Shown: one piece after another, positions 17,742 through 27,316 of the stretch
Layout: every line of letters begins with the position of its first letter
Numbering within the stretch: position 1 is the first letter of the stretch
Assembly (NCBI GenBank): GCA_963701855.1
Contig: CAVPBK010000006.1
Span: 512,001-576,000, forward strand
Origin: Nitrospirota bacterium
GTDB lineage: Bacteria > Nitrospirota > Nitrospiria > Nitrospirales > Nitrospiraceae
Length of the DNA stretch: 64,000 nt
Direction: 5' to 3'
Program-made: the position numbers and the translations under genes
Notes under the pieces: model-generated
Told to the model about the DNA's origin: nothing
Databases searched by the model: none
What the model saw: the letters and a program-made list of their open reading frames with translations, nothing else

Positions 17742-18350
17742 TTACTCGACCACCACGACCGTTATCTCCGCCCGTTCATTCGGAAGATCGCGGCTGTTTT
17801 TCGGCAAGCTGACAATCTTGTCCGCCACCTCCATCCCCTTCACCACCTCGCCAAAGACCGTATACTGCCCATCAAGAAAATTCGAATCCTTGACGACGAT
17901 GAAGAACTGCGAACCGGCACTGTTGGGATCGCTCGTGCGTGCCATCGAGAGAATCCCTCTTCGGTGAGGAATGTCGTTGAACTCCGCTTTGAGCCGCTGG
18001 CTCGGCCCCCCCTGGCCATAGGTCTCCGGCTTATTCAGATCTTTGGTGTTGGGGTCGCCGCCCTGAATCATGAATCCTTGAATCACCCGATGGAAGATTG
18101 TGCCATTATAGAAGCCGGACTTTGCCAACGCGATGAAGTTTTCAACATGCTTGGGAGCCTTCTCAGGAAAAAAGACGACATCCATATCGCCAAACTTCGT
18201 TTTGATCGTGGCCTTGGGACCTTTCGCCCCTTCTACTTTCCCTGCCGGAGCCTTGTCGGCTGCGAAGAGAGTTCCCATACCCAGCAACAGACTCCCAGCA
18301 AGCACGAGCATCACCGCCGCCATCCTCACTATCATTCGTCTCTGCATCAT
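17742..18350 (-). CDS. Cyclophilin-type peptidyl-prolyl isomerase, secreted
   Basis: FYNGTIFHRVIQGFMIQGGDP and SMARTSDPNSAGSQFFI motifs; signal peptide. Confidence 0.93.
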   Translation of the reverse strand: MMQRRMIVRMAAVMLVLAGSLLLGMGTLFAADKAPAGKVEGAKGPKATIKTKFGDMDVVFFPEKAPKHVENFIALAKSGFYNGTIFHRVIQGFMIQGGDPNTKDLNKPETYGQGGPSQRLKAEFNDIPHRRGILSMARTSDPNSAGSQFFIVVKDSNFLDGQYTVFGEVVKGMEVADKIVSLPKNSRDLPNERAEITVVVVE

Positions 18351-18412
18351 CAGCCTCCCTGAAATAATGACAACTGGTCCCGTTATAAAGTACTCCTACC
18401 GTGCCGACCGGA

Positions 18413-19120
18413 TTAGATCCCTACCTGTCGAAGGGCCTGTTTCGCCGCCTGTTGTTCCGCTTCCTTTTTGCTTCGCCCGGACCCCGCACCCACGACCTCG
18501 CCTTGAATGGACAGTTCTACCTCGAATAACTTCTGGTGGTCGGGCCCTGTTTCTCGAACAGTCGTATAGCGGGGCAATGTGTCATGCCGCTTTTGACACC
18601 ACTCCTGAAACTGAGTCTTGTAGTCGCCCGCTCCGGGCTGCTCTTGTTGCGCGGCAATATGCGTGAGTTCCTCTGAGAAAATGTGGCGCGTTACCGCGCG
18701 GCTTGCCTCGAATCCTCCGTCAAGATGAACCGCCGCAAGCACCGCCTCCAGCGCATCGGCCAACAATGAGTCTTTCTCCCGCCCCTTTGAACGGTCCTCC
18801 CCGCGCCCAAGCTTGAGGTGCTCCCCCAATCCGAGCCGGCGAGCCACCTGCGCCAACGATGCCTCACTTACCAACTGTGCTTTTAGCTTCGAAAGGGTCC
18901 CCTCTGAAGACTGCGGTAACGCGGAGGCCAAATACTCACTCATCACAAGCGACAACACGGCATCGCCAAGAAATTCGAGCCGCTCGTTATGTTGAGGCGA
19001 AGCCGCTTTCTGCTCGTTCACGAGAGAGGAGTGAGTCAAGGCTTCCTCGATCAAGACAAGGGCCTTGAATCGATAGCCCAACGAGGATTGAAGCGAGTCG
19101 GCGGAAGAAGCCGAAGTCAT
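18413..19120 (-). CDS. rnc: Ribonuclease III
   Basis: NERLEFLGDAVL signature and C-terminal dsRBD (GSGRSKKEAEQ). Confidence 0.96.
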   Translation of the reverse strand: MTSASSADSLQSSLGYRFKALVLIEEALTHSSLVNEQKAASPQHNERLEFLGDAVLSLVMSEYLASALPQSSEGTLSKLKAQLVSEASLAQVARRLGLGEHLKLGRGEDRSKGREKDSLLADALEAVLAAVHLDGGFEASRAVTRHIFSEELTHIAAQQEQPGAGDYKTQFQEWCQKRHDTLPRYTTVRETGPDHQKLFEVELSIQGEVVGAGSGRSKKEAEQQAAKQALRQVGI

Positions 19121-19152
19121 AGCGGCAAACGTATCCCTCGCACAGGCCTGTT

Positions 19153-19343
19153 AGCAGAATGCTGAAAAAGTCCGCCAGCTTCGTTCTCGCTTCGCTCAGA
19201 GGCTCAACGTACCGAAGCGTACGCCTCGCCTCTTCGATTGCTGCAGCCTTGCTGGATGGCCTTTTTGAGCATCCTTTTGACGTCAACACCATTATGTAAC
19301 ATTCTAACGGTGTTGTGTATAAACTGAGTTTTTCAACAGCCTG
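19153..19343. repeat. Family A element, copy 3
   Basis: GCAGAATGCTGAAAAAGTCCGCCAGC..CGTTCTCGC..CTCAACGTACCGAAGCGTACGCCTCGCC..CCTTTTTGAGCATCC, plus outer TTTTTCAACAGCCTG at the fabF stop. Confidence 0.85.
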
Positions 19344-20597
19344 TTAGGCGTCTGGTTTCTTGAAAAGCAGGCAGGCATTGACCCCGCCGAATCCAAAAGA
19401 ATTCGACAATGCCACTGTCACTGCGGCCGGCCTAGCCTTGTGCGGAATATAGTCCAGATCGCAGGCAGGATCGGGATGATCCAAGTTGATCGTCGGGGGA
19501 AGTATCCCATGGTGAAGCGCGAGCACACTAAACACCGCTTCTATCCCACCAGCTGCCCCGAGTAAGTGGCCGGTCATCGACTTGGTTGAACTCACCGGGA
19601 TGCGGAAGGCCTGCTCACCGAACACCTGTTTGATGGCCTTGGTCTCAATAGCATCCGCCATCGTCGACGTGCCATGCGCGTTAATGTACCCGACTTGGCC
19701 CTTGCTGATGCCGGCATCTCTCAACGCCAGCTCCATGCACCGAACTGCGCCCTCTCCTTCTTCAGACGGAGCTGTAATATGGTAGGCGTCACTGTTCATG
19801 CCGTAGCCGATCAATTCAGCATAGATCCGAACGCCACGACGGCGCGCATGTTCCAGTTCCTCCAAGACCACGACTCCCGCGCCTTCGCCAAGCACAAACC
19901 CGTCACGGTCCTTATCGAACGGCCGGCTCGCTTTCGTCGGGTCATCGTTGCGAAACGACAAGGCTTTCGACGCCGCAAAGCCCGCAACTCCCAGCGGCGT
20001 AATGGCGGCTTCCGCCCCACCCGCAATCATGACATCGGCATCACCCGCCTGAATCAGCCGGTACGCGTCGCCGATGCAATGGTTGCCCGTCGCACAGGCC
20101 GTCACCGCACAGGAGTTCGGCCCCTTGGCACCCAGTCTGATCGCCACCTGTCCTGAGGCCAGGTTGATGATGGTCATCGGAATGAAAAATGGCGAGACGC
20201 GCCCGGGGCCTTTTTCCTGCAGAATCTTGTGGTAGTGCTCGATCGACCCAAGCCCCCCGATGCCCGACCCGATATACACACCGACTTTCGTGGCCTCTTC
20301 CGGCGCCACGGTAAACCCTGCATCATCCATCGCCAGCTTGGCAGCCCCCACAGCATAGTGGATGAACGTATCCATCTTTTTGATTTCTTTTTTTTCGATG
20401 AACTGGGCCGGGTCGAAGTCTTTCACTTCACCGGCGATTTGGGCATCGTACGCCGCAGGATCGAATTTCGTGATTCGACCGATGCCAGACTCACCGGAAC
20501 AGATGGCCTTCCAGGACTTTTCAACACCCGTCCCTAGAGGCGTGATCAGCCCCAGACCGGTCACCACAATCCGCCTGGTCGAACGAGGACTCATCAC
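19344..20597 (-). CDS. fabF: Beta-ketoacyl-ACP synthase II
   Basis: TACATG, INAHGTST, KSMTGHLLGAAG and SNSFGFGG motifs. Confidence 0.96.
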   Translation of the reverse strand: MMSPRSTRRIVVTGLGLITPLGTGVEKSWKAICSGESGIGRITKFDPAAYDAQIAGEVKDFDPAQFIEKKEIKKMDTFIHYAVGAAKLAMDDAGFTVAPEEATKVGVYIGSGIGGLGSIEHYHKILQEKGPGRVSPFFIPMTIINLASGQVAIRLGAKGPNSCAVTACATGNHCIGDAYRLIQAGDADVMIAGGAEAAITPLGVAGFAASKALSFRNDDPTKASRPFDKDRDGFVLGEGAGVVVLEELEHARRRGVRIYAELIGYGMNSDAYHITAPSEEGEGAVRCMELALRDAGISKGQVGYINAHGTSTMADAIETKAIKQVFGEQAFRIPVSSTKSMTGHLLGAAGGIEAVFSVLALHHGILPPTINLDHPDPACDLDYIPHKARPAAVTVALSNSFGFGGVNACLLFKKPDA

Positions 20598-20609
20598 GAC
20601 CTACGACCG

Positions 20610-20867
20610 CTAGGCCTTTTCCTTAATGTAGTCCAGCGCTTTCCCGACCGTCAGAATCTTCTCTGCGTCTTCGTCGGGGATCTCGATGCCGAACTCTTCT
20701 TCGAGGGCCATCACCAACTCAACCGTATCGAGCGAGTCGGCGCCAAGATCTTCCACAAAGCTGGCCTCTGGCGTGACCTCATCCTCTTCAACATCGAGCT
20801 GCTCACCGATAATCTTTTTTACCCGTTCATCCACAGTACCCATTGATTTTCCCGCCTCCTTCCCCAT
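20610..20867 (-). CDS. acpP: Acyl carrier protein
   Basis: [20 protein letters not shown]. Start may be 20867 or 20843. Confidence 0.96.
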   Translation of the reverse strand: MGKEAGKSMGTVDERVKKIIGEQLDVEEDEVTPEASFVEDLGADSLDTVELVMALEEEFGIEIPDEDAEKILTVGKALDYIKEKA

Positions 20868-20933
20868 CCTAGACCCTCCTTGTTGCTGCGAGCCTGACGC
20901 CGCAGCATCATACAATGTTCTGTCCGCTCAATC

Positions 20934-21677
20934 TCAGGGCATCAACATCCCCCCGTTCACGTGCAACACGTGCCCAGTGATGTAGGCTGCCTCGTCCGAT
21001 ACTAGAAACCGCACTGCCGACGCAATATCGGCCGGTGTGCCCAGCCTTCCCAATGGAATTTGCTTCTGAAGCGTCTCTTTCACCTCCGTCGGCAACCCCT
21101 GCGTCATGGCAGTATCGATGAATCCTGGCGCGACCGCGTTCACCGTCACTGAGCGGCTCGCATATTCCCGTGCCACCGTCTTTGTCAACCCGATCACCGC
21201 CGCCTTAGACGCCGCATAATTGGCCTGACCCACATTCCCCATCACCCCGACGATCGACGCAATGTTGACGATACGACCATAGCGCTGTTTGGTCATCGGG
21301 AGCAAGACCGCCTTCGTACAGTTGAAGGTTCCGTTCAAATTGACTTGCAACACCAGATTCCAGTCTTCTTCCTTCATCCGCAACAACAGCCCGTCTCGTG
21401 TAATCCCGGCATTGTTCACCAGAATATCAACCTTCCCCCACTCCTTGAGTACCTGGTCGACCATTGTTTTGGTATCGGCAGCATCAGCCACATTCACTTT
21501 GACGTTCAGCGCCTTGCGGCCCAACTGCTCCACCGCCGCAACCGTATCCTTCGACCGGCTCGGATCAAGATCGGCGACCACAATATCGGCCCCAGCTTGC
21601 GCCAATGACTCGGCAATGGCCCGGCCGATCCCTTGCGCCGCCCCTGTGACAATCGCAACCTTACCATGGAGTGACAT
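20934..21677 (-). CDS. fabG: 3-oxoacyl-ACP reductase
   Basis: TGAAQGIG, NNAGITRD and YAASKA motifs. Confidence 0.96.
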   Translation of the reverse strand: MSLHGKVAIVTGAAQGIGRAIAESLAQAGADIVVADLDPSRSKDTVAAVEQLGRKALNVKVNVADAADTKTMVDQVLKEWGKVDILVNNAGITRDGLLLRMKEEDWNLVLQVNLNGTFNCTKAVLLPMTKQRYGRIVNIASIVGVMGNVGQANYAASKAAVIGLTKTVAREYASRSVTVNAVAPGFIDTAMTQGLPTEVKETLQKQIPLGRLGTPADIASAVRFLVSDEAAYITGHVLHVNGGMLMP

Positions 21678-21698
21678 CCGCTCGCTCCTCACATCCCT

Positions 21699-22658
21699 TC
21701 ACGCACTGAACGCAGCACGGGTCGCATCGAGCGACTTAGGATCATTGACATTCATAGTCGCCGCATCCGGCAGAATCCGCTTGATCAAGCCGCTTAGCAC
21801 TACTCCGGGCCCAACCTCGACGAATGTCGTCACACCCATCGCAGCCATGGCTTTCACCGAATCTTCCCAGAGTACCGATGAAGGAAGTTGTCGTACCAGC
21901 GATGCTTGAATGTCGCTCGCCTTCGTGATGGCTTTTGCTTCGGCATTATTAATCAGCGGCATTTTGAGATCGGACCAGGTAATCGCAGCCAAATCTCCGG
22001 CAAGTCGATCGGCAGCTTTTTGCATCAGCGGCGTATGCACCGGCACACTCACGGGAAGTGGAATCGCCCTCTTACATCCCTTGGCCTTCGCCAGTTCAAT
22101 GGCCCGTTCCACTGCAGCTTTTTCCCCGGCAATGACAATCTGACCGGGTGAGTTGAAATTTGCCGCAGCCACGATCCCCACAGATGAGGCATCCCGGCAC
22201 ACCTCTTTCACGACATCGACCGTGAGGCCGAGTAACGCAGCGACAAGGCCTGTCCCAGGCGGGACGGCTTCGGTCATATAGCGACCTCGCTTCTGCACGA
22301 CCGCCACCGCCTCACGATAAGTCATTCCCTCAGCGGCAACAAGAGCCGAGTACTCACCCAGGCTATGACCGGCCACTGCGATCGGCACAACGCCAAACGG
22401 TTTGAACGCATAGAGTGCGGCAAGGCTGCTCACCAACAATGCCGGCTGAGTATATTCCGTGAGATTCAATTGCTCCGCCGGCCCATCAAAACATAGCGCA
22501 GCGATGTCATACCCCAACACCGACGAGGCCTCTTCGTAGAGCCCCCTGATACCTGGATAGGCTTCAGCCAACGCTCTCCCCATCCCGACCGACTGAGACC
22601 CCTGGCCAGGGAAGACCAATCCAATTCCAGATGACCTTGTTGGTTGGAGCGTCGTCAT
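21699..22658 (-). CDS. fabD: Malonyl-CoA:ACP transacylase
   Basis: FPGQGSQ, TQPAL and GHSLGEY motifs. Confidence 0.96.
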   Translation of the reverse strand: MTTLQPTRSSGIGLVFPGQGSQSVGMGRALAEAYPGIRGLYEEASSVLGYDIAALCFDGPAEQLNLTEYTQPALLVSSLAALYAFKPFGVVPIAVAGHSLGEYSALVAAEGMTYREAVAVVQKRGRYMTEAVPPGTGLVAALLGLTVDVVKEVCRDASSVGIVAAANFNSPGQIVIAGEKAAVERAIELAKAKGCKRAIPLPVSVPVHTPLMQKAADRLAGDLAAITWSDLKMPLINNAEAKAITKASDIQASLVRQLPSSVLWEDSVKAMAAMGVTTFVEVGPGVVLSGLIKRILPDAATMNVNDPKSLDATRAAFSA

Positions 22659-22854
22659 ACTACTGGAGCGATTGCGCGAGGCTGCTGGCTATACTCATCA
22701 TCGTAATATAAGCTGGAACGAACGTGCCGCACCGTCTCAGCGGGGTTAGATATCGTCGAATTTCCCTTGAATGTCAACGGGAAAAGTTTGTTTGACGCTG
22801 TCAGCCCTCAGCTATCAGCCAATCCTTTGAGCTGAATGCTGATTACTTCTCCTG

Positions 22855-23829
22855 CTACCACCTGATAAGTGCCGATGCCCATGTGAGTCCCGCACCAAAC
22901 GCACCTAGCATGACAAGACTTCCTTCTTTAATTCGCCCCTGCTGAATAGCTTCATCCAAGGCAATAGGAATCGAGGCCGCTGATGTGTTGCCATACCGAT
23001 CGAGATTCAGCATCACTTTCTCCAGCGGAAGCCCGAGACGCTCGGCCACGGCCTTGAGAATACGCATATTCGCTTGGTGCGGCACATACAGGTCGAGATC
23101 CTCAACACGGAGATGATTCGCAGCCAAGGTCTCCCGCGCGACCTCTTCCAAGCTGCGAACCGCCACCTTAAAGGTCTCGTTCCCCTTCATCTTGATGTAC
23201 TGCATCCGTTCCACCACGACCTTTTCAGAGGGCGGCAGACGCGATCCTCCTCCTGGCACCGCAATCAAATCACAGAGTGCGCCATCGGAACGAAGATGCG
23301 TAGACAGGATGCCGCGGTGGTTCTCACTGGCACTGATCAACGCCGCTCCAGCCCCATCGCCGAACAAAATACAGGTGTTGCGATCGGTCCAGTCGGTAAT
23401 CGCCGACATCACTTCCGACCCGATAATCAATACATGGCGCATGCCGGTTTTCACATAGGCATCCGCCACCGATAACGCGTAGACGAACCCGCAACAGGCA
23501 GCCGACAGATCACAGGCCGCTGCACGCGTCGCCCCCAGCTGATGTTGAATCAGACAGGCGGTGGCAGGAATCGGGTAATCCCCGGTGCAGGTAGCCAACA
23601 GAATCAGGTCAAGATCGGCCGCACTCACCCCCGCAGCCGCCAGAGCCCGTTCTGCCGCCTTGACTGCCAGATCGGAGCAGGCTTCACCGGGACCGGCCAC
23701 ATGCCGCTCACGGATACCGGTCCGTTCAACAATCCATTCGTCCGAGGTCGCCACCATCTGTTCGAGGTCGGCATTGGTCAGCACCTTGGCCGGCACGTAC
23801 GATCCGGTCCCTGCAATGCGGGCCTTCAT
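22855..23829 (-). CDS. fabH: Beta-ketoacyl-ACP synthase III
   Basis: AACCGF, LFGDGAGA, HQAN and YGNTSAAS motifs. Confidence 0.96.
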   Translation of the reverse strand: MKARIAGTGSYVPAKVLTNADLEQMVATSDEWIVERTGIRERHVAGPGEACSDLAVKAAERALAAAGVSAADLDLILLATCTGDYPIPATACLIQHQLGATRAAACDLSAACCGFVYALSVADAYVKTGMRHVLIIGSEVMSAITDWTDRNTCILFGDGAGAALISASENHRGILSTHLRSDGALCDLIAVPGGGSRLPPSEKVVVERMQYIKMKGNETFKVAVRSLEEVARETLAANHLRVEDLDLYVPHQANMRILKAVAERLGLPLEKVMLNLDRYGNTSAASIPIALDEAIQQGRIKEGSLVMLGAFGAGLTWASALIRW

Positions 23830-24851
23830 GCCGGCAAATCCTCGATGGGCTTGGACTGCGAGACACTTTCTTCAATGTCGCGTCGAATCAGCTCATCGAC
23901 TCGACTCTCTGCCAACCCCTTCGCCCGGCGAATGGCATTCTTGATCGCCTTGGCAGACGAACGGCCATGGCAAATCATCGTAATGCCGTTGACACCCAGA
24001 AGCGGCGCTCCGCCGAATTCCGCGTAATCGATTCGCTTCTTTAAGTTCAGCAGCGGCTTGGCAATGAGCGGGTAGGCCAAACGGCCGAAGAAGGATCCGG
24101 AGATTTCCTTCACCAGCAATTTCTTGATCGTATCTGCGACTCCCTCGGAAATCTTCAGCGCGACGTTCCCGATGAAACCATCGCACACCACGACATCAGC
24201 GCTCCCACTATACACATCACGACCTTCGATATTACCGATGAAGTTAATCGGGCTGGCTTTGAGAAGCTTGAACGCCTCCTTCGTAACCTCATTCCCTTTG
24301 CCGTCTTCTTCCCCGATACTCAGCAGCCCAACACGTGGGTTGGGCTTCCCAAAAAGATATTTGCCATACTCATTCCCCATGATGGCAAATTGGGCCAGAT
24401 GCTGAGCCGTACAGTCCACGTTCGCCCCCACATCCAACATAATCGCCGTACCGGTCAGCGTGGGCAAGCTTGTTGCGATTGCCGGACGCTCGACACCCTT
24501 CGTCAGCCCGAGCACAAAAAACGATGCCACCATGCTGGCGCCGGTATTCCCGGGACTGACTACAGCGCTCGCCTCACCGCTCTTGACCAATTCAGTGGCA
24601 ACCCAGATTGAAGAATCCCGCTTCTTCCGGGCGACGGTAGCCGGCGACTCGTGCATCTCGACGACCTGCGAAGCGTGCCGAATAGACAGGCGGGGGTCCG
24701 TGCAGCCGAGACGGCGACATTCCGCCGTGAGCGTAGCTTCGTCACCAACCAGAAGCACTTCAACATCACATTCCTGGGCGGCCTGGAGAGCCCCCTCAAT
24801 GGCTGGGGCCGGCCCATGGTCACCGCCCATGACATCAAGCGCAATCTTCAT
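23826..24851 (-). CDS. plsX: Phosphate acyltransferase
   Basis: IALDVMGGD, GNTGA, LDVGAN and DGFIGNVALK motifs. Confidence 0.96.
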   Translation of the reverse strand: MKIALDVMGGDHGPAPAIEGALQAAQECDVEVLLVGDEATLTAECRRLGCTDPRLSIRHASQVVEMHESPATVARKKRDSSIWVATELVKSGEASAVVSPGNTGASMVASFFVLGLTKGVERPAIATSLPTLTGTAIMLDVGANVDCTAQHLAQFAIMGNEYGKYLFGKPNPRVGLLSIGEEDGKGNEVTKEAFKLLKASPINFIGNIEGRDVYSGSADVVVCDGFIGNVALKISEGVADTIKKLLVKEISGSFFGRLAYPLIAKPLLNLKKRIDYAEFGGAPLLGVNGITMICHGRSSAKAIKNAIRRAKGLAESRVDELIRRDIEESVSQSKPIEDLPA

Positions 24852-25048
24852 AGAGGTTGAGTATTCACCGACTGATGACGTGTCACGCGGTCACGAAAGA
24901 AGAGCAGCCGTCACCACGCTACATGCGGTAGGATTTTAGTTCAGTGAACTGATCGACGCAACAGGCAAACCGATCTCATCACGTCGTGATCCATGAAACC
25001 ACCGAGCCCAACAAGCACGGCGCAACGGCCCCATCACGAGCCAGCCGA

Positions 25049-25173
25049 GCAGGCTGTTCAAAAAGGCCGTCCGGCAAGGCCGCAACGAACGAAGAGGCGA
25101 CGCGTACTCCGTCCCGTACGTGGAGTCTCTGAGCAACGTGAGAACGCCGCTGGCGGACTTTTTCAACAGCCTG
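25049..25173. repeat. Family A element, copy 4 (opposite orientation)
   Basis: GCAGGCTGTTCAAAAAGGCC..GCAAGGCCGC..GCGTAC..GTACGT..GAGAACGCCGCTGGCGGACTTTTTCAACAGCCTG. Abuts the rpmF stop. Confidence 0.85.
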
Positions 25174-25359
25174 CTAGGATTCTTCGACCTGGATAACCGC
25201 CTTGCCCTTGTATGTTCCGCAATTCAAACAGGTGTAATGCGGCAGCTTGATCTCGTGGCACTGCGGACAGACGGACATGCCTGGCGGGGTGATGCGCAAT
25301 TTTTGTGTGCGCCGCTTGTCGCGTCGTTCCCGTGAATGTTTATGTTTCGGATTTGGCAT
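25174..25359 (-). CDS. rpmF: 50S ribosomal protein L32
   Basis: MPNPKHKHS..RR, CPQC..PH..C..CG.Y. Confidence 0.95.
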   Translation of the reverse strand: MPNPKHKHSRERRDKRRTQKLRITPPGMSVCPQCHEIKLPHYTCLNCGTYKGKAVIQVEES

Positions 25360-25396
25360 GGCAACTCCTTCTTACTTTCGATAACAGGCGGTCACG

Positions 25397-26017
25397 CTAC
25401 GATGCTGACGATCCGCCGGTCTTGCGTTTCATGCTCTGGACCACCCGAAATGTCGGAATCGGTGGTTCCACGGCACACTGACAAGATCCCTCATTCAAAT
25501 TGTTCCCACATCGCGCACAGAGCCCCAAGCAATCGTCACTACAGAGCGGCTGCATCGGCGCAGATAGGATCACATGTTCACGCAGCATAGGAGCCAGTTC
25601 CAACTGATTACCCTGATAGTGATATTGATCGTCGGGCTCCTCTTCTGGTTCGGCCTCCACCACCTCCGCACGCGTCTTGCGATGGTCGACTCGCTTCGGA
25701 TGACGCGGCGCTGGCTTAGGCTCAGGAATAAAGGCCGCCCGTACGGAAAAAGCCAGCGGATCCTCAAACTCCGTCAAGCACCGCACACATTCACGGACAA
25801 TCGTGCCTTCCAGCACACCGGTCACGGCAACCAGCCCTTCAATCTTAGTCAGGTCCAGACTCACCGCCAACGGACCTAGGACCACAACGTCATCCTCGGT
25901 AAGGTCGAGTTCCTCAGCCGTCACTTCGCCAACCAGCGAGAGCCCATCAATAGTGATGTCGGCCAGCAGCGGTCTGAGCAGTTCCATCGTGGCACCTACC
26001 TGCATTCCCATCCCCAA
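25397..26017 (-). CDS. DUF177/YceD family protein
   Basis: CVRCL and PLCSDDCLGLCARCG.NLN..C.C motifs; upstream of rpmF. Start uncertain. Confidence 0.9.
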   Translation of the reverse strand: MGMGMQVGATMELLRPLLADITIDGLSLVGEVTAEELDLTEDDVVVLGPLAVSLDLTKIEGLVAVTGVLEGTIVRECVRCLTEFEDPLAFSVRAAFIPEPKPAPRHPKRVDHRKTRAEVVEAEPEEEPDDQYHYQGNQLELAPMLREHVILSAPMQPLCSDDCLGLCARCGNNLNEGSCQCAVEPPIPTFRVVQSMKRKTGGSSAS

Positions 26018-26026
26018 CGTGACCAG

Positions 26027-26290
26027 TTATCGCTCTTCCGCAAAGCTGATGAGTGCGATGTGCCGAGCTCGCTTGACGGCGGCCGTCAATTCACGCTGAT
26101 GCCTCATGCAATTGCCGGAGATGCGCCGCGGGACAATCCGACCCCGCTCAGTTAAAAAGTTTCTCAACAGCCCAACATCTTTGAAATCGATCGACCCTTT
26201 GTCGATACAAAACCTGCAAGGCCGTCTGCGTTGAAAAAACCGTCCTCCACCGCCGCCGTCTCGATCTCCACCTTGTTGTTCACGCTCCAT
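26027..26290 (-). CDS. rpsR: 30S ribosomal protein S18
   Basis: [21 protein letters not shown] and QRELT..VKRAR motifs. Confidence 0.96.
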   Translation of the reverse strand: MEREQQGGDRDGGGGGRFFQRRRPCRFCIDKGSIDFKDVGLLRNFLTERGRIVPRRISGNCMRHQRELTAAVKRARHIALISFAEER

Positions 26291-26308
26291 AAACCGTCTC
26301 CCTATTTG

Positions 26309-26716
26309 TTAGACGTGCTCGTCGGATTCATACCCGGCATCATCGTGCACAGGAGCCTCAGTCCCGACACCCCCGCCACCGCCATCCTGGCGTTTCGGCA
26401 TGAACGTCACCGTTTGGGCCACCACCTCGTGCTTGCTGCGCTTCTGGCCGTCTTCCGTTTCCCATCGGCGCTGCTGCAACCGCCCATCGACGATGATTCC
26501 GTTCCCCTTGCTGAGATACTGTCCGCAATGTTCCGCCTGCTTGCCGAAGACGACAATGTCGACAAAGCAGACTTCTTCTTTCAATTCATCGCCCTGCTTG
26601 TATCGCCGACTGACCGCGAGGCCCAAACTGGCCACCGGGGTCCCGTTCGGCGTATACCGCAGCTCAGGATTCCGTGTGAGGTTCCCGAGGAGAACGACTT
26701 TATTAAATCCGGCCAC
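26309..26716 (-). CDS. ssb: Single-stranded DNA-binding protein
   Basis: FNKVVLLGNLTRNPELRYTPNG OB fold; located between rpsF and rpsR. Confidence 0.95.
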   Translation of the reverse strand: MAGFNKVVLLGNLTRNPELRYTPNGTPVASLGLAVSRRYKQGDELKEEVCFVDIVVFGKQAEHCGQYLSKGNGIIVDGRLQQRRWETEDGQKRSKHEVVAQTVTFMPKRQDGGGGGVGTEAPVHDDAGYESDEHV

Positions 26717-27050
26717 CGGCAAATTCCTCCGATGACGCCTCGAGCGGCCGTGGCGGCACTAGTTCTTTTTTGAGGTGGACGGTCAAAAACTTGATGATCG
26801 TATCTTCCAGCCGATAGGAGCGCTCTAATTCACCCACCGTGATGTTGGGCGCTCTGAAGTAGAAGTAGGCGTACGTGCCCTTCCGCTCCCGCTTCACCTC
26901 GTAGGCAAGTTTCTTCTTGCCCCAATTTTCTGACTTGATGAACTGCGCGCCGGTCTTCTCCGCCACCGCCTTCATCTTCTCAATCAAGGCAGTGGTCTCC
27001 TGGTCGGAGACGGACGCACGAATAATGAACAGAGACTCGTAGAGCTCCAT
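26703..27050 (-). CDS. rpsF: 30S ribosomal protein S6
   Basis: YESLFI and WGKKKLAYEV motifs. ATG at 27050 after AGGAGG. Confidence 0.95.
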   Translation of the reverse strand: MELYESLFIIRASVSDQETTALIEKMKAVAEKTGAQFIKSENWGKKKLAYEVKRERKGTYAYFYFRAPNITVGELERSYRLEDTIIKFLTVHLKKELVPPRPLEASSEEFAGGRI

Positions 27051-27057
27051 GCAGCAA

Positions 27058-27097
27058 TCCTCCTGGACAAAGGCCCCGAGACTAGCCCGGAGCAAGG
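27058..27097 (-). promoter_or_regulatory. Probable S6:S18 autoregulatory leader
   Basis: Minus strand CCTT-GCTCCGGG-ctagt-CTCGGGGC-ctttgt-CCA-GGAGG: a hairpin, a CCR loop and an anti-SD/SD pairing directly before rpsF. Confidence 0.55.
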
Positions 27098-27179
27098 TGT
27101 AGGCGCCTCTATATGAGGCTCAAAGAACGGTGGACGGTATCACAGCGAAACTCTGGCTGTCAACGAATCGGCTCGCTAA

Positions 27180-27316
27180 TCGCAGAGGAGCGTGTGCCTG
27201 GGCTCGTCGCTCCTCACCTCTCGGAGTGGAGCGCGGAGACTGAGGCGTACCCTTGTGGTACGTCGCAAGGAGACGGGAGACTGAGAACGCAGTGAGCCGC
27301 CTCTTTCAGCAGCCTG
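27180..27316. repeat. Family A element, degenerate copy 5
   Basis: Retains GAGGCGTACCCTTGTGGTACGT, GAGAACG and terminal TTTCAGCAGCCTG at the ychF stop. Left end uncertain. Confidence 0.6.

Noticed and set aside
18987..19292. Short ORFs with recurring peptides such as CSKRPSSKAAA..RRTLRYVEPLS (also 24936, 29824, 29904, 1015 and 11570)
   Set aside because: These are translations of family A repeats, not a protein family.
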